From contig OX597820.1 of assembly GCA_951406725.2 (NCBI GenBank), positions 33,046,001 through 33,110,000 on the forward strand: DNA of 64,000 nucleotides. The letters are read 5' to 3'. The stretch's first letter is position 1, and the number at the start of each line of letters is the position of its first letter. The notes beneath the pieces are model-generated. The model was given only the letters and a program-made list of their open reading frames with translations, did not search any database and had not been told where the DNA came from. Of this stretch, positions 12,631 to 26,680 are shown piece after piece. The stretch comes from Octopus vulgaris. Its lineage: Eukaryota. The translations under genes were made by a program, and so were the position numbers.

Positions 12631-12846
12631 ATATAATTTGAAGCGTGATAATCTTTTATCGATATACTTGTTTCCAGTCATTAGACTGTGGCCATGCTGG
12701 AGCCTTAAAGAGTTTACGTAAACAAAGCAACCCCAGTTTAAAATTCAATGTCTGATGCTTACTCTATGAATTTTTCCTCCCGAAACCGCTAATTTAGGTT
12801 GTCGTAACAATATCCATAATGGTTGTCAAACACACACACACGCACG

Positions 12847-12886
<40 letters not shown>

Positions 12887-12977
12887 CATACACACACACA
12901 TATATATATATATATATACTTATGTGAGGGTTGTCTGTTTCCCTCTATGTGTGTGTATGTGTGTGTGTATGTGTATG

Positions 12978-13086
<109 letters not shown>

Positions 13087-13319
13087 GTGCTTTGGAACAT
13101 ATCTATAGCTCTATTAGCGAAATCTTTATAATATATTCCTGCATAGCAAATGATTGTTATAGCCCTTTTTATTAGCACCCTTTGTAAGCAGTGTGTTCAT
13201 GGGTAGTTAAGGAGTGTGCACAGTTTCTGACGACGATTCCAGGTGCAATCCAATATAGAGCATACGGTTCCAGGTCAAATACATCTTCGTAATATATATA
13301 TATAGCTTCAGAATTTTTC

Positions 13320-13963
13320 TCCGTAATACATATTTATAGCTTCTACCAATTCAGGGACGATACAACAAGTAGGCAACGAATTAGTAAAGAGACTCTCTTT
13401 ATTACAAAATAAGGCCCCTTTTGAACGCGTCTACAACAAACGAAATATCCACCACGGCCTTAGAATAACGCAAATACACACGCAAATATTTAAAATGGTA
13501 CACTCAAGAGATTCCCAAGAATTCATTAAAAAACAGTCCCAATCACTGCTATAATCCATAACGTGCCAATTTTAAGTCATTTAAACATTTAACACCTTAC
13601 TACTTTCATACTACCTACATTCCTTCTTATTCTCACTTCTCTTTCTTCTTCTTCTACTTTCTTCTTCTTCTTCTTCTTCTTCTTCTTCTTCTTCTTCTTC
13701 TTCTTCTTCTTCTTCTTCTTCTTCTTCTTCTTCTTCTTCCCTACCAAGAATTCACAACGACCTCGAACCCACGAGAGTAAACAAGAGAGACAGAGACAGG
13801 CAGAAACAAGGAAAATGTTCTTTTAAAATACTTTTTCTTTTAATTTTTCCAAAATTTAATTGTTTCCCATACTTACAGTTGAAAAAGTCTCAATGACTAA
13901 AACCAGTACTGAAATGTTTTTTATAAAATTATTTTAGCATTTTCTACCCTGACTTTTTTTCCC

Positions 13964-13965
<2 letters not shown>
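13320..13965 (+). mobile_element. Penelope-like element 3' end (GIY-YIG C-terminus remnant plus decayed hammerhead)
   Basis: Manual translation IYSFYQFRDDTTSRQRISKETLFITK*GPFLN fits the PLE endonuclease tail (R..KE..FI.K..P.LN). Decayed motif CAG-TTGAAAA-AGTC..GACT-AAAAC-CA-GTA-CTG at 13876-13911; ends in (TA)n. Confidence 0.65.
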
Positions 13966-14018
<53 letters not shown>

Positions 14019-14052
14019 TATATATATGTATATATATATGTGTGTGTGTGTG

Positions 14053-14119
<67 letters not shown>

Positions 14120-14589
14120 ACTGACCAGGCTATCAGATGTTGCTACACATCGCTGGTCACATGCGCTTCGCATTGTTTTAGCCGTCAAATGACACCACCT
14201 CGCTGGCTAAGCGAGCAGGCCATATATATATGTATGTATGTATGTATATATATATACACATGCATGTATGTATATATATATATACATGCATGTATATAGA
14301 TGTATGTATATACATCTATATACATGTTTTACCAACAGAACCGCAACTATTGCATGGAATACACATAGAAAGTTATATCCAATAAAATAATATAAGCATT
14401 TAAAAAACCTACTATACAATAAAATTATTTTTAAAATATTTGAAAAAATATATATAACTTACCTGTTATTAGTCTGTGGGGAAAGAAGATTTTTTAAATC
14501 AACGCTACACGTATTTCTGCGCTGGTGGGGTGTTTATCAGGGCTACATCTAATACATAAATCCACCAGTGCATATATACCTACATATAT

Positions 14590-14835
14590 ATGCATATATA
14601 CATGAATATATGGGCACAGGACATCAAAAATCGTTGAACACAATGAGATACGAAAACATAAAAAACAAAAACAGAAACGAACTTTTTTTCAAACAACGAA
14701 AAAAACCCCAGAGAAACAAGACATACAAAACAAGGAATATTCCTCTTCTTCAGTTGTCCCTGTTTTATCTACTCCGCGTTGCGAAGGTAAGGACAAGACG
14801 CGACTTCGTTGACACAATCCTTCTCGCAAAGCAAG
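14590..14835 (-). mobile_element. PLE-like terminal fragment (family ending GAYGTCCTGTRCCCATATA)
   Basis: Shares its terminus and permuted hammerhead-like motif with the fragments at 52788-52928 and 61840-62010. Confidence 0.55.
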
Positions 14836-15533
14836 TATGTATGTATGTATGTATGTATGTATGTATGTATGTATGTATGTATGTATGTATGTATGTATGT
14901 ATGTATGTATGTGTGTGTGTGTGTGTGTGTGTATATAAATACTATAGCGTACGCTAATAAATCTATAGATATTCTCAGTAGCACATTATCGCAATGAAAC
15001 AAGAACTACTATCAAACACGCACGCACACGCGCACGCAGACATACACACACTCGGTCTCCACTTTCTCAAGAAGAGGTTTGCTCCAAACACCCTTTCTTT
15101 CCTTCTCTAACCGTCTTATGAATACTTTGCATGTACCACGTCCACGCTTTGTTTTTTCTTGTCCTTTTTCTACGTTTTTTCTACGTACGTATGTGTGTGT
15201 GTATGTGTGTGTGTGTGTGTATGTGTGTGCGCGTAAAGACACATACATAAACGATACGATTTTACACAGTTTCTACCTACTAAATGCAATCGAAGGCATA
15301 GTAAATTCACTCACGCGGGGCCACAGTAAGGGACATTTGCTTTATCTGCTATGCAGTGGGATTGAATCCGAAGCTGCCTGGTTTCAAAGCAAGCTTCCTA
15401 GCAACTGAACCATGCCATAATTCTCTACATGTACTTGAAAAATATTTACCAGAATGGTAAATTGACAACTAATTTTGAAATGTAAACAAAACTATTATTT
15501 GGAAATTTTCGGGAAAGAAATTTTAAAATGAAG

Positions 15534-15739
15534 TATATTTGCCACTTAAATGTGGCTAACCCTTACGGGTGGATGCTACTATAGCTTGTAGCTCCTGGAG
15601 GACACTTCCTCCAGCTGTCTATTGACACACTTTCTGTGTCCTATTGACTATAGGCCAGCTGGAGGAGGTGTCCTCCTGGGGCTGCAAGCTACAGTAGCAT
15701 CCACTCGTAAGGGTTAGCCACATTTAAGTGGCAAATATA
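15534..15739. repeat. Foldback element: inverted arms of about 90 bp
   Basis: TATATTTGCCACTTAAATGTGGCTAACCCTTACG...CGTAAGGGTTAGCCACATTTAAGTGGCAAATATA; spacer about 25 nt. Confidence 0.9.
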
Positions 15740-16298
15740 TTTCACGATGTCGTGCAGCTACTGTGTATACCTCGCTCAGAGATTTATTAAATTTTAAACT
15801 GATGTCTGTCTTTCTGTATAGACAATATATTAAAAAGCGAAAGATGGCCAGCATTAAGATACCATTGTTGGGGTAAATGAATCGAACGGATTTGAAATTA
15901 TGCAAAATTTATTTTGGTTTACTGTAAATTCACGGACGATGAAACCTCGATGTTGTTGCTCGATGTACTAGAAAGTGCACCCAAATGTCCTATTTTAGCA
16001 ACGTTAGTAGAAAGTCCGGTCTGAATTGATCACGCATGCCAATGCTACACAGCAACAACGACGACGACCACAACGATAGCAACAACAACAATAACAGATA
16101 CGTGAACAACTATATAACACAAAGTAAGTCAAAAGTTGGGAATCCCGGATGTTTTAAACAGAAATCCAAAAGGCTTTTACAAGCATGTTGACATAAAAAT
16201 TTATCGTCGTTTTTCACAAAATGGAAAGTACACATCGCCGCAAATAGGCAATCGTTCAGTTTATTGAAACAATATTGCAGCAGTTGTCCTATATATGC

Positions 16299-16335
<37 letters not shown>

Positions 16336-16509
16336 TGTGTATGTATGTTTTTTTTGTGTTTGTTTATCGAGTGCAAGTGAATATGTATATGTATATATTG
16401 AGTTGATTAGGGACGAATAACAACAAACATTTACTGATGGTTTCAGTATTAGTGTTAAATTCGTGTCTATTATATATCTATGTGTGTGTGAGTGTGAGTG
16501 CGCGTGTAC

Positions 16510-16571
<62 letters not shown>

Positions 16572-16581
16572 CAGCAGTAGC

Positions 16582-16630
<49 letters not shown>

Positions 16631-16650
16631 TGGTGGTGGTGGTGGTGGTG

Positions 16651-16703
<53 letters not shown>

Positions 16704-17231
16704 TGCAGCAGCAGCTTCCGCTGTAACAGCGCATCGCTGCATTCACCATTCGTTGGCGGTTGACGCCTCTGCGTCACTCAGGCGTCACCCCACTCCTCGG
16801 ACCCAGGGATAGTCGTTGGATAGTCGTTGCTGATGAGGGTTTCATTAGGTCGGAGTTGCAAGTCCTACCTCAAGCACTTTTAGTAGCCTTTTACGACACG
16901 TAGAGGAAACGTTGGGTCCATGTCTATGACATTCCAGTCCCCCTACACAGCACTAGTGCAACGTGAGATGAAGTGTTTCGCTCGAGAACACAACGCGCCG
17001 CCCGATCTGAGAATCGAACCCACGATTTCACGGTCATGAGTGCAATACCCTTACCACTAGACCGTATATAATGCAAATCCAGAAGGAACACTTCCTAAAT
17101 TCAATAATTCTGTACAAACATTTCGAGGGTGCAAAAGATTCCTGTGTAATTGAAACCAATTGCACTTTTCAGCCCCCCATACATACATACATACATACAT
17201 ACATACATACATACATACATACATACATACA

Positions 17232-17265
<34 letters not shown>

Positions 17266-17299
17266 CATATGTATGAATGTATGTGAATATACGTATATA

Positions 17300-17856
17300 T
17301 TAGGTAGTCCGGAAAGTTCGTGCCGATTTATAGAAGCTTACCTTTCGATTTATTTTAGAACATAGTTGAGTCCATAAAATAGGATTTGACTACACCTCCA
17401 TTTAGAGCACAGTTTAAGCTATCTTTTCGTGGAATAAGGTTTATGTTCCTATAACCTGTGTTAATTCTGTAACCCTTTAAAATGGAAGATAAGAAAGTTA
17501 ATTTTCGGCACTTGATGCTTTGGGAACCAGACAAAAATTGGTGCAGCTCGGCTGGGATGTGTTACCCCACCCTCCCTATTCCCCAGATATTGCTCCTTCG
17601 GATTTCCACTTATTCAGGTCTCTGCAGAATAGTCTTCTGCAGAATTCCTTAGATGACGTAAAAAGATACCTTGATGAATTCTTTGCCATGAAACCACCTC
17701 AATTCTGGGAAGAGAGTATTTTCAAGTTAAAGGAAAGATGGAGCCGCATTGTGCAACAAAATGGTTCATATTTTGTTGATTAAAAACGTAATGGCAAGTA
17801 TTTATTGACCTGTTTCTTTCCTTTAAAAATCAGCCCGAACTTTCCGGAGAACCCAA
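17300..17856 (+). mobile_element. Internally deleted mariner transposon
   Basis: TA-flanked TIRs of about 30 bp. N-terminus MEDKKVNFRHLML (ATG at 17482) is joined to the C-terminal LPHPPYSPDIAPSDFHLF...FFAMKPPQFW (ORF 17520-17783). Confidence 0.92.
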
Positions 17857-18469
17857 TACATGGTGGAAATGAACTCATGACCGAGTAAGGCCAATTTATA
17901 AACTCAGTAAATCCGTTCTAACGTTCCGAGAGCCAAAGAAGTTCCTATGAGTGAATTTCTTTTGAGTAGATAAAGTTTTGCACAGCACTGAACCCATTTT
18001 TCAGCGCAACCAGCTTATAAACCCAGCGGCACAACAGAGGGTGAGACGACCAAAAACCAACAACGCTTGAAGTTCTTATATAAGCTCACCTTCTCCTAGT
18101 AGGAAATTCTAATGAGAAATAAGGGTCCGTCACTCCCATTGATTCATATGCAATTTAACTTATAGCTGGGACCCTAACAGGAGCTACTACTCCCAGTAAC
18201 TGAAAACAATAGTGATTAAAAGGTGGTAATATAGTACTAGAGTTTGACGTCAAGTTTCGCCAATACAGACTTTTCAGACAAATATATCACTGTATCATAT
18301 TCATATCTTGATATTGTTGTTGCTGTTTCGCTTTTAGTTTGTTTGTTGTATTATTGCTGTTGCTGTTGTTTTCGCTGCTACATTTGCAGTTGCTGTTGTT
18401 TATGCAGCTGTAGATCTTATCGGTGATTTTTACATGCTGCTGTAGCTGCGGTTATTGTTGTTGTTGTTG

Positions 18470-18510
<41 letters not shown>

Positions 18511-18511
<1 letters not shown>

Positions 18512-19067
18512 GAGTGAGAGAGCAGTGCATGCCATCAAAGTGACACTGGGATAAAATACACGAAGCCCGGTATACCCATCATGACAACCCGTCTGATAAA
18601 GGTACATTAGACACATGCATCACAACCATATGTGCGCGACATGGCGATCTCATATCAAGATAAACAGCGCATGACCTTGCAGGTGGGGCCCAGTTAGAAT
18701 TTCTTTCAGGTCGAGTAGCCCATCCCGCTCAAAAGGTCCCTGGGTAAGGATTGTTTAAGGATGTTGAACGAAACACCGATGTTTCCAGAGGTGAGTTATT
18801 CAAACCCCAAAGAATCCGTCTCAACACATGGCTATGATGCTCCCCAACTACTTCTGCTCGTGATCAGAGATGCACATATAGTCAGCCACTAAGGGACATG
18901 CTCAACTGGTTATGGTCAAATAACTGACAAGCAAATCTGTGGTACTGAGCAGAATATTTGCTGTAGCCCATCTTTTATACCAAGACAAAACAATGTACAT
19001 GGTAACACTTCCAATCAGTTAAGATCAGAAGCCACGAGAGCCACTGCCTGGTACTGCATCAGGGCAT
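18511..19067. mobile_element. Interspersed repeat flanked by (ATT)n, probably non-LTR related
   Basis: Bounded by TAT microsatellites; a reverse-complement partial copy lies at about 49070-49226 and a 45-bp piece at 19667-19711. Confidence 0.65.
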
Positions 19068-19086
19068 TATTATTATTATTATTATT

Positions 19087-19470
19087 CAGTAGTTTTATTT
19101 TTATTTTTATAGCGTGCTTTCACTTCACTACCGAGCGCAGCTCTGTGTGCCTTGGGTATGTGCTGTGATTTGTTGTGATGCTCTGATGGTTATTGTATGG
19201 AAAGTGTTCTGCGTAGGATGTGTGCAGTGCCTAGTAGTGCAATTTTCTGTATGTTATATGTGTTTGTAAGTCCTGGTGTTTTTGTTATGTATTTGTCTGA
19301 ATATTTTTTTATCATGCCTAATGCACCTACTATGATAGGAATTGTTTCTGTTTTCAGATTCCACATTCTAGTTACCTCTATTTCCAGGTCTTTGTATTTT
19401 GAGAGTTTCTCCATTTCTTTTAGAGAGACACGTTGTCATCTGTCGGTATTGATACATCAATTAGAAAGCA
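19087..19470 (-). mobile_element. 5'-truncated R4/Dong-like non-LTR retrotransposon (restriction-like endonuclease C-terminus)
   Basis: ORF 19190-19414 EKLSKYKDLEIEVTRMW...PIIVGALG...IQKIALLGTAHILR; embedded in (TAA)n, the known Dong target. Confidence 0.85.
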
Positions 19471-19474
19471 TTTT

Positions 19475-19537
<63 letters not shown>

Positions 19538-19567
19538 ATTATAATAATTATTATTATTATTATTATT

Positions 19568-19800
19568 GGGGTGACCCCCTTCGGTCATGAATGACCATGG
19601 GATTGCACCTAGAAATGTACCCTCCGAGGCAGAAGTCCGAGTAAGGTTGTTTATGGAAGACCAACAGTCTGATAAGGGTACACTGGGCACAGGCATCACA
19701 ACCATATGTGCATACCAGCCTCCCCTCTTTACGCCAAGGGAAAGGCAAAGGCCGATACAGCTTGGCACCAGTGGCGTCACAACTCATTTCTACAGCTGAG
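19568..19800 (-). mobile_element. SINE family C 3' part with templated insert
   Basis: Reverse complement of the 63020-63228 region, apart from a foreign 45-bp patch. Confidence 0.75.
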
Positions 19801-20809
19801 TGATTATCATTATTATTATCATTATTATTATTATTATTATTATTGTTATTATTATGATTATTATTATTATCATCATCATCATCATCATCATCATTATCAT
19901 CATCATCATCATTTGTTGTTGCTACTGATGCTGATATTACTGTTATTGCAGCCATTGTTGTTTTGTTGTTGCTATTGTTGTTGTTATAGCTGCTGTTGGT
20001 GACGCTGCTGTTGTTTTTGTTGTTATTGTAACTTGTGTTTTTTTTTTGTCACTGCCTCTGATGCCGTTGTTGTTGTCGTTATCGTCGTTGTTGTTGTTGT
20101 TGTTGTTGTTGTTGCAACTGCTGCTGTTGTTGTTGTAGCTGTTGTTGATGTTGTTGCTGCAGCCACTGCTGTTGTTGTTACTGCTGCTGCTGCTGTTGTT
20201 CCTGCTGCTGCTTTTATTTTTGTTGTTGTTGTTATTGCAGCATCTGACCGTGACATTTAAAAATGGAAATATTTTCTGCAATGTTTATTGTCATTGGCAC
20301 CGTCTATCCCAGCCACGACCACCACCAACATCAAGAGGATCACTTTCACCAGCACCAGCACCACCACCACCACCACAACGCTCTGTAAAACATAAATTCA
20401 ATATCACACACACATACACACACACACACGAACACTCGTACATAGAAACAAGCAGTACCAGTATGGTTGGGTAAGGGATAAGAAGTGCACTTGCAAACTA
20501 CTTTGTCCTGAGTTCGATCCCGTTACGCATAGTCTTGGGTAAATGTCTTCTATAGCCTCGGTTTTATCAGTGCCTTGTGAACGGAATTGACTAAATGGAA
20601 ACTGTGGGGAGATTGATCGTATATTTTTTTATGTGTATGTTCGCCTATATATGTGTATACGTATATATGTATAGATCAGTTGGATATATGTCTATACATA
20701 CATACATACATACATACATTCATACACACACACGCACGCACACATGCACGGACACACACACACACACATAGATTAATGGCAAAAAACTAGAGTTACGTAA
20801 TCACTTTCA

Positions 20810-20897
20810 ATAGCTTACAAATGTTTCTGCTTTAAAGACAAACTGTGTACCTAGAGATGAGTGCCAGTACAATGTCTTGGAGCTTCTTCAGAGCTAT
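20810..20897 (-). ncRNA. Type-I hammerhead ribozyme motif in a PLE-like fragment (about 20770-21000)
   Basis: Minus strand: ATAGCT-CTGAAGA-AGCT CCAAGACA...TGTCTTTAA AGCA-GAAAC-ATTT-GTA-AGCTAT. 6-bp stem I, GUA site. Confidence 0.75.
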
Positions 20898-21069
20898 AAG
20901 AGTTCGGGGCAGAGAACATCAAGCAATTCACACCTGTCTGACGCAGTACCTTATTAATAATTTGAAATGTAAGTGTTCTAAGAAATAGTTATTGGTACCC
21001 CTTTGACAAGACGGAATACTCACACACACACACCACACCACACCACACACGTATATATACATATATATT

Positions 21070-21395
21070 TTCTTTTACTCTTTTACTTGTTTCAGTCATT
21101 TGACTGCGGCCATGCTGGAGCACCACCTTTAGTCGAGCAAATCGACTTATTCATTGTAAGCCTAGTACTTATTGGGGGGACAAATACAGAGACACAAACA
21201 CACACACATGTATAAACGTATACATATATACAACGGGCTTCTTTCAGTTTCCGTCTACCAAATCCACTCACAAGGCTTTGGTCGGCTCGTGGCTATAGTA
21301 GAAGACACTTGCCCAAGGTGCCACGCAGTGGGACTGAATCCGGAACAATGTGGTTGGTAAGCAAGCTACATACCACACAGCCACTTCTGCGCCTG
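21070..21395 (-). mobile_element. SINE family A (internally deleted)
   Basis: Homology to other family A copies. Confidence 0.85.
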
Positions 21396-21429
21396 TCATG
21401 ATGTATGTATATGCATATCCAAGATCACG

Positions 21430-21735
21430 AGGAAGAGGGGCAAGTTTTTAAGTGGCTATGTAAACGGGTCCTTAAGCGAGAAGATCTGGCTTACTTGGTG
21501 TAAGAAGTGGGGCATGATACTGACTCCTTTCTTCATTGCTATTTCTAATTCGCTGCAGTTGCTCTGGCATTGCAGCAGCCGGAATGCAATGTCCTCCACC
21601 TCTCTGTTGTGACTCTCTCTCTCTCTCTCACTGCGTAAGCGTGCTGACACACATTTCACTTGATCTTTGAAACGCTTTCAGTTGCCTCCTCTCTGTGTTT
21701 TGTCCTGGATGAGTTCCCAACATTGAGACCAACTT
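21430..21735 (-). mobile_element. Decayed RTE-like LINE 3' fragment
   Basis: Manual translation across frameshifts: ELIQDKTQRGG..KRFKDQVK...RWRT...SCPT...RLHSHLKTC, resembling the RTE ORF2 C-terminus. Confidence 0.55.
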
Positions 21736-22811
21736 CGTGCAAGCATGAAGGCATGCTGGCAAAACGCAGCTCCTCTAAATGGAAACCTTACCTGGCATTG
21801 TGGTTTTGTGACACGGAAAAAAGCAGGCCCAGCCATCCACCCAAGAAAACACTAAGTAAATGTTCCGCAAGCACTCGAACAAACTTAGTCCTCAACATTA
21901 CTTGACAACCGATGTTGGCGTGTTTACGTCCCCGTAACTTAGCGGTTCAGCAAAAGAGACCGACAGAATAAGTACTAGGCTTACAAAGAAAAATCCTGGG
22001 ATCGATTTGCTCGACTAAAGGCGGTGCTCTAGCATGGCCACAGTCAAATGACTGGAACAAGTAAAAGAGTAAATGAGTAAAAGATACATACATGCATACA
22101 TACATACACACACACATATACACACACAGACATATATACATATATATGTATATGCATATATATATATATATATCTATGTGTATATATATATATGTGTGTG
22201 TGTGTATACGATGGGGTGCTGAAAAGTTCAATAACAACGAAGGATTATTGGTTATATGATGTAAGTTAAATAAAAAAATTTCAGTGTCAAATCTTCAGAG
22301 AAATGTAACATTGATACATAACATTACCAGTTAGTGCCCGAGCTGCCATCATCGGAAAAGCAAGCAGATGTTTGCCATCTTGTGAAATATTTTTTTCCTA
22401 TGGTATTTAGGTTCTCATGTCTAAAGAACCGATTAAACGTAGACAAAAATATAGAGCATAAGACCATTGGATCATCTGCAAAAGATTTACTAGACTACAT
22501 GGTGGTAATGAGTATCTTTTACTCCCGTTTCTAAAATCCCGACATACATAATTGCATACATGTTCCACACACGCACACACACACTCCTTCACACACGCAC
22601 GCACACATATATACACGCCCACAGTTAGATATACGAACATATGTATGCATGTATGTTCGTATGTACCTTTATATCCATAGATAATCATCTGTATATGTAT
22701 GTGTTCTTAATAACTTATAACCATTAAGTGTGTGTGTGCGCATGTCTATATATCTAGATTTATACATACGTATATATATACGCATAATATACACATACGT
22801 ATATATGTATA

Positions 22812-22844
<33 letters not shown>

Positions 22845-22894
22845 CGTGTGCGTGTGTGTGTGTGTGTGCGTGTGTGTGTGTGTGTGTATTATAC

Positions 22895-22954
<60 letters not shown>

Positions 22955-22981
22955 TATACATGCATATATATATATGTGTGT

Positions 22982-23021
<40 letters not shown>

Positions 23022-23416
23022 ATGCATGCGGGTATATACATACATACGTGTATATTTGTTTGTACGTATATTTACAAATTCAAATACGTACTTAAAGCAG
23101 ATAAGCGCAGTGGCTGGTTGGGGATTCTCTGTCTAAAATATTTTTGTTTAATTAGAAGCATTTTGGACTGTAATTAGACGTTCATGTCTTTCATGTGACT
23201 AATTATCCTGAAACATACACTCAAACGGGCGTTGTATACTTACCCCCACACGCACATGCATACACGCATGCGCACACACGAATATAAACACGTGAAGACA
23301 TTCATTAGCATGTACACACAGACGCACAAAGCACGTCTTTATAAATACACATTTATGTGTATGTATGTGTGTGTGCGCGTGTGCGTATGTGTGTATGTGT
23401 ATGTGTGTGTGTGTCC

Positions 23417-23491
<75 letters not shown>

Positions 23492-23537
23492 CCATTATAC
23501 AACATAAGTATGTTACGCCTCATTATTTATGCGAATT

Positions 23538-23915
23538 AAGGCGGCAAGCTGACAGAATCGTTAGCATGCCGGGCAAAATGCTCAGAACATGCTCGTCCGT
23601 CTTCATGTTCTGAGTTCGAATTCCACCGAGGTCGACTTTGCCTTTCATCTTTTCGGGGTCAATAAATTATGTACCAGTGAAACACTGGGATCGTCTAGTC
23701 CCTTCCCACTAAATTTCATGCCCTCTGCCCTTAGTAGAAAGGATTATTTATGCGCGTAGGTGTGGCTGTCTGGTAAGTAGCTTACTTATGAACCACATGG
23801 TTCCAGGTTCAGTCCCACTGCGTGGCACTTTGGGGAAATGTCTTCTACTAAAGCCTCGGGCCGACTAAAGCCTTGTGAGTGGATTTGGTAGACGGAAACT
23901 GAAAGAAGCCCGTCG

Positions 23916-23949
<34 letters not shown>

Positions 23950-25170
23950 TGTATGTATGTATGTATGTATGTATGTATGTATGTACGTACGTATGTGTGT
24001 CTATTTTAGTCTCCCCAACATCGCTTGACAACTGATGCTGATGTGTTTACGTCCCCGTAACTTAGCGGTCCGGCAAAAAGAGTCCGATAGAATAAGTACT
24101 AGGCTTACAAAGAATAAGTCCTGGAGTCGATTTGTTCGACTAAAGGCGGTGCTCCAGCATGGCCACAGTCAAATGACTGATACAGGTAAAAAAAAAAAAA
24201 AGATACGAACTTATGTTCGTGAGCTGGCAGAATGGTTAGCATGCCAGAGAAAAGCTTGACTGTGTTTTTCTGGCACTTTTCGTCCAGGGTTCAAATTTCA
24301 CCGAGGTCGAATTTGCCTTTCATCCTTTCGAGGTCGATGAAATGTGTAGCAGTTGCGTACCCACCCCATCGCCACCAAATTGCTGGTCTTTTGCCAAAAT
24401 AGGAAAGGATTATAGGATATAAGGCAGTGAGAATATAAGGCAGTAAGAATAAGGCAGTGAGTACGTCTGACAAAATGCTCAGTGACGTTTCTCCCGGCTT
24501 TACGGTCTGCGTTCTGAGCTGGCAGAAACATTAGCACGCCGGGCAAAATGCTGAGCGGTATTTCGTCTGTCGGTACGTTGTGAGTTCAAATTCCGCCGAG
24601 GTCGACTTTGCCTTTCATCCTTTCGGGGTCGATAAATTAAGTACCAGTTACTGGGGTCGATGTAATCGACTTAATACCTATGTCTGTCTTCGTTTGTCCC
24701 CTCTATGTTTAGCCCCTTGTGGGTAATAAAGAAATAGGTCTGCGTTCTAATTCCACTGAATGCCAATGACCCCCTTTTGGGATCGATGAAATAAATACCA
24801 GTTGATCCCTGGGGTCGATTAGATTAAGTACCAGCTGAGCACAGAGACCGATATAAACGATTTGGCCCCTGCCCCAAAATTACTGGCCCAATGCCAAAAT
24901 TTGAAATCATTGTTTATGCAAATATAAAGCGGCAAGCTACAGAGATGCTACCGAGTCGGATTACATGCTTATATGACGATTATATGGCGACAAGCACCAG
25001 AGACGTCAACGCGTCGGATTAAATGCTTAGCGGCATTTCTTCAGGTTTTACATTCTGAGTTCAAACATTGCCGAAGTAAATAGAATAATTACCAGTTGAG
25101 CACTGGGGTCGAAATAATCAACTCAACCATTCTCTTAAATGTTCAGGCCTTGTACCGAATTAAGAAAGAA
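23538..25170 (+). mobile_element. SINE cluster: family B copies surrounding a full family A copy (23752-24190)
   Basis: Diagnostic family A and family B blocks repeated. Confidence 0.85.
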
Positions 25171-25246
25171 TCATTTATGCGAGTATGTGTATATGTGTGT
25201 AATATATATTTCTTTACATATCTATATAGAATATAGAATATATATA

Positions 25247-25281
<35 letters not shown>

Positions 25282-25361
25282 TAGATAGATAGATAGATAG
25301 AAATATATATACTTTTGTATGCACGTGTGTGTACATATATATATATATATATGTGTGGTGT

Positions 25362-25421
<60 letters not shown>

Positions 25422-25479
25422 CCATTTGTATGTTTATCAATGTTTGCATATACATATGCCTTATAGTTATATTTTTTAA

Positions 25480-25880
25480 TATTCTTATCTACTCTAGGCA
25501 CAAGGCCCGACATTTTTGGGAGGAGGCCAGACGATTAGATCGACCCCAGTGCGCAACTGGTACTTAATTTATCGACCCCGAAAGGATGAAAGCCAAAGTC
25601 GACCACGGTGGAATTTGAACTCAGAAGATGAGGACAGATGAAATACCTATTTCTTTACTGCCCACAAGGGGCAAAACACAGAGAGGATAAACAAGGACAG
25701 ACAAACGGATTAAGTCGATTATATCGACCCCAATGCGTAACTGGTACTTATTTAATCGACCTCGAAAGGATGAAAGGCAAAGTCGACCTCGGCGGAATTT
25801 GAACTCAGAACATAACGACAGACGAAATACTGCTAAGTATTTTGCCCGGCGTGCCAACTTTCCTGCCAGCTCGCCGCCTT
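25480..25880 (-). mobile_element. SINE family B dimer
   Basis: Head at 25880 and two body units. Confidence 0.85.
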
Positions 25881-25923
25881 TTATATTTTTATATATTGAT
25901 ACATCTAAGTGTAATCGGGTATG

Positions 25924-25958
<35 letters not shown>

Positions 25959-25959
25959 G

Positions 25960-26486
25960 AGTGTTTGTGTGCGTGTGTGTGTATAGGTACACACATACAT
26001 CTATGTGTGTATATAGTCATACACATATGTGTGTGTATGCATTTAATATATATATGTGTGTGTGTGTGTGTTTATGTATAAATATATATAAATATATATG
26101 TGTGTGTGTATGTATAAATATATATATATGTATGTGTGTGTATATTTATGTGAATGTGTGTGTGTGTTTATTTATGTGAATGTGCGTGTATAGGTACACA
26201 CATATACATCTGTGTATGTATATATTCATACACATGTGTGTGTATATATAAATATATATACATATGTGTGTGTGTGTGTGTGTTTATTTATGTGAATGTG
26301 TGTGTATAGGTACACACATATACATCTGTGCATGTATATAATCAAACACATGTGTGCATGTATAAATATATATATATATATATGTGTGTGTGTATATTTA
26401 TGTGAATGTGTGTGTATAGGTACACACATATACATCTTTGTATGTATATATTCATACACATATGTGCCTGTATGTATAAATATATA

Positions 26487-26524
<38 letters not shown>

Positions 26525-26680
26525 CGTATGTGTATTTATGTGAATGTGTGTGTATAGGTACACACATATACATCTGTGTATGTATATATTCATACACATA
26601 CGTATATGTATGTATAAATATTTATATATATATATATGTGTGTGTGTGTGTATATATCTATGTGAATGTGTGTGTATAAT
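25960..26680. repeat. Higher-order repeat of a compound microsatellite (units of about 110-200 bp)
   Basis: The motif GTATAGGTACACACATA..CATCT recurs five times. Confidence 0.8.

Noticed and set aside
16261-16812. Poly-S/T/V/Y/H ORFs
   Set aside because: Pure (TAG)n/(TGG)n trinucleotide microsatellite.
16825-16890. CTGATGA as a possible hammerhead core
   Set aside because: No GAAA at the end of the putative stem II.
18990-19067. Possible U2 snRNA fragment or HDV-like ribozyme at the repeat end
   Set aside because: Only a short chance-level match, and I could not build the nested double pseudoknot.
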